DNA from: Vicugna vicugna | Lineage: Eukaryota | Reading direction: 5' to 3' | NCBI GenBank assembly: GCA_013265495.1 | Contig: MU057724.1 | Location: 1,937,102 to 2,001,101 of the forward strand | Length of the DNA stretch: 64,000 nt | Part shown: positions 50,113 through 60,597 of the stretch, piece by piece | How positions within the stretch are numbered: position 1 is the first letter of the stretch | Layout of the letters: the number at the start of each line of letters is the position of its first letter | Notes under the pieces: generated by a model | Database searches by the model: none | What the model was told of the DNA's origin: nothing | The model's input: the letters and a program-made list of their open reading frames with translations, nothing else | Translations under genes and position numbers: made by a program

Positions 50113-51119
50113 TAAATAGTATTAGATATGCTGATGGTTGCACAACTTTGTGAGTGTGCTAAAACCCACTGATGTGCACATGCTAACAGGATGAATCTTC
50201 TGGTGTGTGACTTATATCTCAATTTCTAAAAACAAAAAAAGGCTTAGAAAATATATTCCTGATGTGTTCTTGAGGGGGAAAAAAGCATTTGGAAATATAT
50301 TCCAACCAATTAAGACACATATAAGAATTGAGATTTTATATTATTAGAAAATCATTAGAAATCGGGTTATTTAGTAAAGTAATGTACAGGGCAAAATCTT
50401 GGTCATCCTTTGAGATGAACCTGCAATGGCCGGCGGTACACACTTAGGCTCATGATGACTCTGTAAAACCTGCCCCCTGGTAACTCTGCAAGGATCAGAA
50501 TCTGTGGGAGTGATCTGCTGATAGATCAGAAAACACTGAGTTAAAAAAACAAATAATGAATTTTGGTTGGTACTCCTTTAAAAAAAAAAACAACAGTGTT
50601 CACATACAGATCCCTGTGCCTAAAAGCCGTGTCCGCTTAGCTGCATTCCCCTTCAGGCTCCACTTTTCTTTCTGACCCCGTGCCAGTCCTCTTTCACTCC
50701 TAGGCTGGAGATCATTGAGGGTGTCACAATCTAACGCCCTCAGTGAGAGTCACGAGGTCCCTCCCTCTGACTTATCACTATTAACATTACCATACTCTTC
50801 TATCAAACAGTAGCTGGAGGGTTTGGGGTGGGGGGGTTAGGTAATTCCCACATTGGCAGATGTGGTGGATGGTTTTTCCAAGCATCAGTTTTGTAAATTT
50901 AGATATAATTGTCACACAGCTTTACATTTGTTTCAGGTGCTGATGCTCCACATTGCATCGTGGTAATGAGGGTGCAGCAGAGACAAGGAAGAAGCTGAGT
51001 AGGAAAGCAGCTCTCCACGTGGAAACTGGCAGCAGCAGGCGCAGGGCAATAAAGCCATGGTTTTGCAGGAGGAAATTATTCCCAGATGCCTGTTTACCTC
51101 TCGTGGGATGGGAGAGAGG

Positions 51120-53480
51120 GATGCTCAGCAGAGAGATGAAAACTATAATGAGAATCTAATGGAAATTCTACAACTGTTTTTAATTCTGAAATTTAAAAAA
51201 AATCACTAAATGGGCTGAACAGCAGATTGGAGATGACAGAGGAGAATGTCAATTAACTTGAAAATATCTCAGTAGAAATTATCCAACCTGAAAAAAAAAG
51301 AGGGGAAAATGATAATAGAGCCTCAAAGACCAGCAGGACAAGGTCTACAAGTCTGACGTCCTATGACCGCACATTATACAGTTTCAGAAAGAGAGGACGG
51401 AGAATGGGGCAGAACAATATTTGAAGAAATAATGGCTGGAATATTTGTCATCTTGGTGAAAGACATGAATTTACAGATTCAAGAAGCTCAGTGCACCCCA
51501 AGCAGGATGAATACAAACAAAGCCACACCTGGGCACATACCAGCAATTTGCCAAAAACCAAAGACAAAGAGAAAATGCTGAGAGTCGTCAGAGGGAGAAA
51601 ACACACTACCTACCTGGGAACAAAATTTGAACGATCGCAGACTTCTCATCAGAAACTAAGGAAGCCAAAAATCAGTGGGATAACATCTTTTTTAAGTGAG
51701 AAAAGAAGAAATGGTCAAACCAGTGAAAATGTCTTCCAAGGCTGACGATAAAGACACTGAAGAGGAGGAGGCGGCGGCGAGGAGGAGGAGGAGGAAGACG
51801 AAAGCTAAGGATTTGTTGACAGCAAACACGAGCTGCAAGACATTCTACAGAAAGCTGTTCAGGCTGAAGGGGAACGATACTGGAGGAACCTTGACGCCCA
51901 GGGAAAAAAAATGAAGATCATCAGAAACAGTAAAAATCCAGGTTAATGTAAAAGAACTTTTAAACTTTGATTAGTGGAATTTATAATGTACGTAAATGTG
52001 GTACATATGACAGCGATGCATATGTAACAACAGGTGGTGGGAAATGGCCCCATGTGGCTGTGAAGTTAAAAAGTAATATATATTATTGTATATTATATAT
52101 GTAATAATATACAGTTAAAAATTGAACAGCACGCTTCTAAATGATTCATTGATCGAAGGGGAAATTAGAAAACATTTCTAACTAAATCAGAACTGAAACT
52201 ATAAAAATTGATGACATGCAGCTAACGTGCCCAGAGACCAGTTTGCAGCTTCACATGCCTGTATTAAACAGAATAAAGCTCTAAAATCAATGACCAGGTT
52301 CCCACTTTGTGAAGTTAAAAAGTAAAAATAAGCCCAGTATAAATAGGAAGAAAGAAATAGTGAAAAACAGAAACCAATAGATTTTTTTTTGAAGAGAGAA
52401 AAAGAGACAATTAACAAAGTCTAAAGGTGTTTCCTTCGGAAAGACCAACAAAATTGTACACTAGACTGAAGAAGAAAATAAAGAGAGAAAGAACACAAGT
52501 TACCAACGTCAGCAATGAAAGAGAGGTCATCGATGCAGATCCTACAGACAGTAAAAGATAATGGCGATACTATGAACAACTTTATGCCATCAAATACGAA
52601 AACATAGATGAAATAGAAAGTTTCTTTGAAAAATGAGACAGAAATCTGAATAGTCCTGTACTTATTGAAGAAAACTAATCTCTTTCGAAAGAAAATGCCA
52701 GGCTCAGATGACCTTACTGGTAAATTCCAATACAATCCAATATAATTTCTTTCAGAAAACAGAGATTTTTTTGCAGCTGATTATATATGGTCTGTATAAC
52801 CCTCATCTTCAAATCTGACAGAGATATTACAGATGAAAAATTTGCAGACCCAATATATTTCATGAAAATGCAAACACACTTTACAAAATTAGCAAATTGA
52901 ACCCAGCAATTGTGACCAAGTAGGGTTAATCCCAGTAATGCAAGGTAGATTTAACATTTGAGAATCAACGTAATTTATTACCTCAATGGAATAAAATTGA
53001 AAACCATATGATGATGTTAATAGACACAGAAAAAGCACTTGACCAAAAATATCCATTTTTGATTTTTAAGAAATGCCCAGCAAACCAGGATGAAAGGAAA
53101 CTTCCCCCCTCTAAGAAGCAGTGTCTGAAAGGAGCCTGCGGCTGGTGTCACACTTAACGGTGAAACACTCAGCCCTTCCTTCCGAAGTCAGGAGCAAAGC
53201 AAGAGCGCCCCTCTCTCTCCTTCCAAGCAACACTGTGCTGGAGGCGCTGGCCACGCTGAGGCAAGAAAGGTAAATAAAAGGCACAGAGATCAAAAAGAAA
53301 GTAAAACTGTCCTTACTTGCACAGAACATGGTTGTTCACACCAAAAAATCCAACAATTACTGAACTAGTAAGTGATGTTCACAGGGTGGAAGGACACAAG
53401 GTCGATATGTAAAAATCATGCACTTTAGATACTAACAGAAAACAATGAAAACCTGGAAAATGTTTAAATAGCAAACACAA
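51120..53480 (+). mobile_element. Decayed old L1 (ORF1 and ORF2 remnants)
   Basis: ORF 51363-51581 contains IFEEIMAGIFVILVKDMNLQIQEAQCTPSRMN, homologous to L1 ORF1p; ORF2-like actatgaacaactttatgcca, ccaggctcagatgaccttactggtaaattc, aatgcaaggtagatttaacatt. Confidence 0.88.
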
Positions 53481-53686
53481 TATCCTTAGGTCTGTCCCCA
53501 GAACTGGCCACTGCAACAACTGTACAGATGTCACCGACGGCATGATCCAGTGTCGTTCAGGGTCCCCGCGATGAGAACCCAAAATCGCCATCTCACTGGC
53601 TTCGTGTCCAGGAAAAGCTCTGCTTACCTTGCGTGCCTGGTTTATGTGTATACCGAAAGTGTGAGTGTTGTGACTGCCTACTTGTG

Positions 53687-53805
53687 GGGGGAGGGCAGAG
53701 CTCAGTGGTAGAGCGCGCACGTAACATGCCTGAAGTTCTGAGTTCAATCCCCAGCACTTCCATCTAAAAAATAATAATGTAAAAACAAAGTATATGGTAA
53801 AAAAA
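53687..53805 (+). mobile_element. tRNA-Ala-derived SINE (Vic-1-like)
   Basis: ggggagggcagagctcagtggtagagcgcgcacgtaacatgcctgaagttctgagttcaatccccagcacttcc plus A-rich tail. Confidence 0.88.
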
Positions 53806-53899
53806 ATTAATTATGTCTCTTTGAAGCAGAAAAAAATTACCCATTTGCCAACAGGAAGCTCAGAGCCGGGTCTGCCGCGCGCCCTGCGAAGCGCCTGCT

Positions 53900-54200
53900 C
53901 GTTGGTGCGCCCAGGCAGCCTGCAGTCATAAAGCCTGTTTGCCCTTCCCCGTGTTTCCTACCCGCGTTTTTCATACTGCATTGGGGGGTCATATTTGTTT
54001 TATTTAATGGGACAGCTGTTTTCTTATAACTCAAATTAGCTCCTATAATAGTTTCTGTCTGTAGAACAATAAGTACTGATCGCGACCTCATTTGCTTATC
54101 ACCAGTAACTCCCTGCTCGACTTTGATATTAGATTTTATGTTTTATAACCATAAAAACAGTTTAGTTACTTTGAAGTGACTTAAACAAAAATCAAGCAGA
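53900..54200. promoter_or_regulatory. Candidate developmental enhancer (CDX/posterior HOX plus TCF/LEF motif cluster)
   Basis: GTCATAAA 53925, AACAAT 54065, CTTATC 54095, CTTTGAT 54121, TTTTATG 54134, CCATAAAA 54149, CTTTGAA 54169 in repeat-free DNA. Confidence 0.4.
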
Positions 54201-56866
54201 GGCTTGTTTTCAAGAAGCAAGGAAATATTTCAGCAGGGGACGCTCTCGCACCCCTGCCCAGTCAGGAATGATGTAAAGTGCTGATAGAACGTCACTTCTG
54301 TGGACTGCCTGGAATCCAACCAAGTATAAATTTATCTAGTCACCAGCATCGAGAACCCATTCGTCTAAAGTCTCCATAACGAGTGAAGAAAAGAACGGAC
54401 CCAAGGCTCACTCGTGCTCCGTGTGGGCAACCACACAACTCAGGGTCTTCACCAACCCGCCCTGTGAATTATTATTTTAAGGAAAAAGCTGTCACCTCAC
54501 ACCTTTTCTTCTGTAGAAAACAGGAGGTGTTTTTGGCACAAACTCTACGTAGATTACAGGACGGATCTGTCACCAGCAGAGTCAAAACCTGATAAACAAC
54601 TCACAGGAGAAGTTTCATGGTATCCAAAGAATGACAATTATTTTCTACACATAGAGAGACAATTAACTTCACTCCTTTAGCAGCAGTGCTTTGACCGCCC
54701 GTGTTTCACGCGACACTGTGTCATTGCAGGAGCTCTAGAGGCGGAGATAAACCTTAAGACAACGCAGTATTCGTCCCACGAGGTTTTTAAACGCAGGTGA
54801 ACGGCCAGGACACGACTCCGTGAACCGCCCGCGGACACGACACGTGAAGAGACACACGACCACCGGCCACTGCGGGCTGTGCGCTTCACGCACAAGTTCT
54901 GGGGGATGTGGGGCAAAGGGGACCCCAGAAGCAAGGCTCCTGGGGGACGGGCCTCAGGCAGTGTCCTGGGATTTTAGGAAGCCTGGTGGCAGACGTCCGG
55001 TGAGTAACACAGCACAGTTCCATGAGAGAGGAGTGACTCACTGGGATTTGGGGAAAAATGTATTTCATAACTTAACTAGAGTAGCGAGGTGCTGGGGACC
55101 CACTCCCACCCCGTCCCCGTCCCCGGCGGGCACCGGGCAGCACAGCAGCAACTCATGGTTTTCTGGACACAGATAACAATTTCCTTCGCGCTTTAGTTAC
55201 CAAGGGTAAACAACAGAGGTAGTGACTATTAATTTCCCTTTAAAAGTCAGCACAAACCAGTCAAAACTAACACAGGCAAAAAAAAAAAAAATCCCAAATC
55301 AAACATCATTAATCTTACACTAAAAACAAAGACCATTTTTCACACAGGCAGTAAAACTTCAGCACGTCCCAGTAAAGTGGTGTCAGAAAGAAAATGAAAG
55401 GCAGAAAAAGGAGAATTCTTAGCAATGAAACCACAGAAGCTCCTCCATCTGAATCTGGAATTAACAAAGCCAGAATATCATTTCTTTAAAATTGCTTTAA
55501 AGTCTTACTTGTGAAAGAAGTTGGAAAATCAGCTCCAAACCAGCTGAGGAGAAATGTAGTTGACAGCTTTGAAGGACTCACCTCCAAAACCTTGACACAG
55601 ACACAGAACGTGAAAAAAAAAAAGACTTTCCACAAACTTTGAAGCCACGTGACTCCAACTTCAGTCCCACAGCAACTTCTCCTTTTTCCCTGTTTGTTCA
55701 TATTCAAAACTTCCATGCTAATGCACACAGATTTATTTATCGCGAGCAGGTGGTTTGCATCTAGTTCTTTTGTGTAAGACAATCAGAAATTAAGTAATAT
55801 GTTTTGGTGGAAAGCCAGACACCTTTTCTGTGACTGGTAATTCCTGCAAAGGCTCTAATGTACTGGCATTTTCTGAAGCAGGGAAGAGTATTTCAATTTT
55901 CAACTTTGTATCTTTGCCATTAGTGTCACCTAATTCATCAAAGAGCATTATTTGTCGGTGGTATGAACAGTCCATGAAAATCCAAGAGGGGGAATGTCAG
56001 TGAGAACCCCTGGTGCCCGGTCCCCAGCTTCAGGGTAGGGCCTTCAGCGGGGGCTATCAGGAAAAAACAGAGCCCATCAGGGAAAAAACACGGAAAGCAT
56101 GCGGAATGCAGAGAGCTGCGCTTTCCAGAGCACCGACGGCGGGGCATTTGACACAGCGTTCGTTTTTACATGACTTTAGTTAGTTAACTATTATTAAAGA
56201 AGCAAATCCCACACATACATTGCTGCCTGTGAACATTGGGGGCCTAAAGGAATGAGGCAGAATAAATTTTATTTTAGAAATTACTGTTCACGGAAAAGCA
56301 GAAAACAAACAACAAACGCACAAGCAAACCCCGTGCCCGAAGACGACAGTGTGGTTTCTGGGTCAATGTTTTTCAAACTAGTTTTAACCACGTCCTACTT
56401 GGATGGCTACAGAAACCCCTTCCTCGCCTTCAAAAAAGGGCATTGAACTGTAGGACAGTAAAATGAATAATTAAGCGCGAAAATTAAAACCTTCAAAAAA
56501 ACTCCTTTTGCTGTGTAAGAGAGTCAGGCTTACGCCTGCTGGTAGATTTGACTTTGTAAATAAAGATTATTAGCCACAACCCAAGTTGATCAAAAGATGC
56601 AAGGAGTTTCTTGGGGTAGTGGGGGATGTTAAAGATAAGTTTTCTCTTAGCTTTTGTTTTTTAAAGCACAGATTTTTTTTTAACACCCAGCCCCCGTTGT
56701 AAGCGTACCTGATAGAGCTAAGTGGCAAACATCTGTTGACATCTCTGCTGAAGGTTACCTACCATTTTTTAATCTAAGATCGTTTTTGCAGAAAGATTAT
56801 GAAAACTATGTTAAGTTTACTTTTCAAAAATAGTTCTTAAGGACCCTGATTTAAATACAATAACAT

Positions 56867-56989
56867 GGGGGCATATAGCTCAGTGGTAGAGTGTGTGCTT
56901 AGCATGAACAAGGTCCTGGGTTCAATCCCCGGTACCCCCTTTAAAAATGAATAAATAAACCTAATTACCTCCCCGCAAAAACAAAAAAA
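56867..56989 (+). mobile_element. tRNA-Ala(AGC)-derived SINE (Vic-1-like)
   Basis: gggggcatatagctcagtggtagagtgtgtgcttagcatgaacaaggtcctgggttcaatccccggtacc, tail aataaacctaattacctcccc. Confidence 0.93.
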
Positions 56990-59900
56990 GAGGAGGAGTG
57001 AATAGCAGGAGCTACCATTGCTCCTGCTACCCACCCCGCCACCACACACAAACACACACAAATACAACAGTAACAAGCAAATAAACTGGGAGGTCTTTAA
57101 ACGCCAAACCAAAGAATTCAGTCTCGGGTCTTCTAGTCAGATTCTATGGTATTAAAAGTAGCCGTCAACGTTGAAGAAACTAAAAATATGAGATCCCTAG
57201 AAAAATGCAATAGAAAAATATCCACCACCAGTCTCAGCCAGGTGATGCAACTTTCATCCAGAAGAAAGATTTGTTTACTGAAAATACAGCAGCTCATCTT
57301 TCCCCTGTTCAATCACAATTTCTTATTGTCCTGCTTATGAAGTCTGGAAAATCATGATGCAAAGTCATCATCATTAAAGTCTAGGACAGGTGTTCACGGT
57401 TAGCTTTAGGATTAAGCAGTTTGGTACCCACTTTCAGGAGTATTAATACCTGTAACCAAATATATTTGAAAAGCAAATACTCCGGCACACCCGTTGCTAT
57501 AGAAATAACGTAAACAAGAATGAAAGACAGGGATCTCTTTCAAAACATCTTGGTTAGACGCGTTCTTGAAAATCCCTTACTTCTGCTCCAAGCCAACAAT
57601 CAGAAAGAGCAGAAAAGTAACTGAACGTTCGTGAAACTTTAAAGGTCAACTTTTACAGCGCTTGTTGGCAAAGGTTCGAATCAGTTCACAGCCTGTTAAT
57701 AAATCCTGCAATGTCGCTTGAAATTCCGAATGCTGGTTGAAATACCTTTGAAACATTGATCAGAAGAGGATTTTTAGTGGATAATATGTTATTTTGGAGT
57801 CAAGGAAAAATACTTTGAGGTGTGTTAAACCTTAAATGTATTTTGATTTTTGGAAATGTACTTGGAACTCAAATGCATCAATAAAACAGAACAGGAAAAA
57901 AAAATCCAAAATAGCAGTCAAATCAGTCAGAGTAGTCGTCTAGCAACGTCAGAAGCATTTGCATGACAGCTTTGCATCGGTTTACATGGGAAAAATTACT
58001 CTCCCAGCTGCAGGGTTAGGAATAAGAATTCCGTCCTAAGCAGGAAGTACCCACTCCAGTGGTCAAAATGAGCCTTCATCACTTTTTAAAATTCAGCTCA
58101 AGAGAATTCTAGACAATGACTACTTTGAGAGAGACATTTTGAAAGGGTCCAACCTGTAAGGAACTATGGAAATCAGTGTAATGACACCTAAATAAATTTA
58201 AACAAGTTAAACAGGAAACAATGTATCTGACCTTTCAGCACACTGCAGACGTCTTTTTTAGCATTTGTTAAAATTGCTGCTAACTTATGTGGATAACAAA
58301 GTGTAACCTACATTGCGCTCTTCCCTGCAGTGTTGAAATGCTACAGACACTCAGTCATTATCACCACTTTCAGAGGCAGAGAGAACCCCCTCCCACCGCA
58401 GAGAAGGCCGTGGGAGGCGCTGGAAACCTGCCTGTGAAATGAGTGATTCTGTGGGAAGGCAGCACAGGCTATTGCGTTTCCTTACCCGAAGCCTCTGCCC
58501 GTTAAACCCAGAAACAGCTTTTAGAATGACGATCTTACATCGCTTAAATGGCATGAAGTCTTAAAGGCAGGATTCTAGCCAAGTGTGCGTTTTGTCAGCA
58601 GAAGCTGCCGATGGGGTTAATTACCTTCCCAGGACCCGACTTAAACCTCTATCCAGGAGGCAGCTAAGTTCTCGAGATTTTCAAACTGCTCGCCTAGATA
58701 AAGAAGTGAAATCGGATGGAGGAAGTGGTGTGGCACTGACTGCAACCTGCACAGGGCTGTCTAACCCCGTAGCTCATCGCCTGTAGCGTCTGAGGCTCCT
58801 TCATGAGGTATGGATGCTGCCTCGGTCTTTGGGGTCGTTTTCACACTGATAAGCCGCCCTCAGCCCAGTTCTCCCGTACTACCCTACCTATAATCCCATA
58901 CCTGTGATAAACTTCCCAGAGGTTTCCATCTTTCCTTTTCCTTTTGACTCAACATTGATTTTGCCGGCTAATCCCACAGATTTCATCAATGAAATGACTT
59001 TCCCTCAAACGTTTCCTCCCATGCCTTCCTGTCTCAGCCGCCCTGACTGGCGCCCTCTGCACCGCTCGCCAGCCTCTGTATGAACCTGCTAATCGACTGT
59101 GGCCTCTGCACCTTTCACCCTTCCACTACCAGAGCCAATAGCGATGTGGACGTGTCACCCACCTGGAGACCTGGAGATTAAGCTCCACCTCTTCGTAAGC
59201 TGTGGTAAGTCCATTCCGGAACCCAGCCCAGCTCACCGTCCCACACTCACCCTCCCTACACGTCACCCTGCACCAACACAGCACTTCCCACCTGCCTGCC
59301 TGGGTGCACATCCAGGGCAGGAAACACGGACTCGTGGTTGGAAATGCCTCACAAAGGAGAGGCGTTTCCTTAGTACCTATGCAAGACGTTTGTTTCTGCT
59401 TTAAAATAATGAAGCCACTAAAGTGGGTTATGAAAGCCCTAAGTGTAATGCAGGCTATTTCTAAGTAGTTTATAGACTGGAGAGAGGGGGTGGGCCAGAT
59501 AGATGATCTTTAAGAATCTTTCAGGTATTTCGGTCCATAAAGTCCACTTTGTATCTCTCCTACATGGATATTTTCAGAGCAAAGAACAGGGGGGGAAAAT
59601 GGGTTTAAATTGCATCCAAAATTCAGTTGGTCACAAGGAAGAACGTTCAATAATCACATTCAACAATGAGTCCTCTGATACGCAATATAGTGAAACTGAC
59701 GGCTTCACACACTGGAAAGGCCCCACACGGGGAGGAAAACGGAGCCGGATGAAGGCTGCGTGGCTTGTCTAAGTCGGTGGTTCTCACCTATGAAGCCCCG
59801 ATGTGCTGATACAGCACACCCACTGTGCATACACACCCAAGCAGCATCAAAGAATCTGTTACCAACAGAGGGTCACTGTCTGTGAACGATTTACTTTAAA

Positions 59901-60318
59901 AAACCATCGTGGACGGGGTCAAGATCACCCTGCTGGTGCTTGCTTTTCTGTCTGTAGCTGTTGTGCCCCTTCTGGGCGGCACTCAAAGCTGCGATGCTGC
60001 AATATCTCCCACGGGTCTTTCTTGCCGTGTGGTGACCATGCACCAGTTAAGGTGACGTGGGCTTCTTAAGGCATGAAGCTGACTGATCCCGTCCCAATGT
60101 GATACGTTCTTTCAGCTTTCCCATCCCTTCATAAAGCACTGGGCTCAAGAAAGATGCAAAGCGTAATTTATAAAAGCTCATAAATTGTATCAGTAAGCCA
60201 GACAGCATTCAGTCTGAAAAATTATGTATCAAATCCAGCAGAACAAATTATCCACAAACTTGAGAATGAGGATTTCTAGGTGGATTTGAAAGACCTCATC
60301 AAAAAACACTTTCCTCAA

Positions 60319-60597
60319 CATAGAAAACATACTGTGGTTACCAGCAGGGAAAGGAGAGGGAGGAATAGATTAAGAACTGGGGATTAACAGATACACACCA
60401 CCATACATAAAATAGGTGAACGACAAGGACCTACTGTAGAGCACAGGAGCTACAGTCAGCATCTTGTGATGAGCTGTAACGGAAAAGAATCTGAAATATA
60501 TATATGTACGTGTGGATATGTGTAACTGAACCACTTCGCTGTACACCTGAAACTACCACTGTGAATCAACTACATTTCAATAAAAAGTAAGAATTAA
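60319..60597 (+). mobile_element. Artiodactyl-type L1 3' end with 18-bp TSD
   Basis: ggggattaacagatacacacc...caaggacctactgtagagcacagg...gctgtacacctgaaacta; TSD aaaaaacactttcctcaa (60301-60318) / aaaaaacgcttccctcaa (60598-60615). Confidence 0.92.

Larger units (their letters stand above)
49315..50240 (+). mobile_element. L1MB-like 3' region hosting two later insertions
   Basis: caacccagcaactcc...aagagaaatgaagacacatccacacaaaaacctgtacatg; catatactgtgtaattccattta; gatggttgcacaactttgtgagtgtgctaaaacccactga. Confidence 0.88.

Noticed and set aside
51363..51914. ORFs resembling a coiled-coil/RNA-binding protein
   Set aside because: Frameshifted L1 ORF1p remnants, not a host gene
56867..56940. Possible tRNA-Ala(AGC) gene (also 29362, 33171, 46071, 53687)
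   Set aside because: Two acceptor-stem mismatches and one anticodon-stem mismatch, followed by the SINE tail; these are tRNA-derived SINEs
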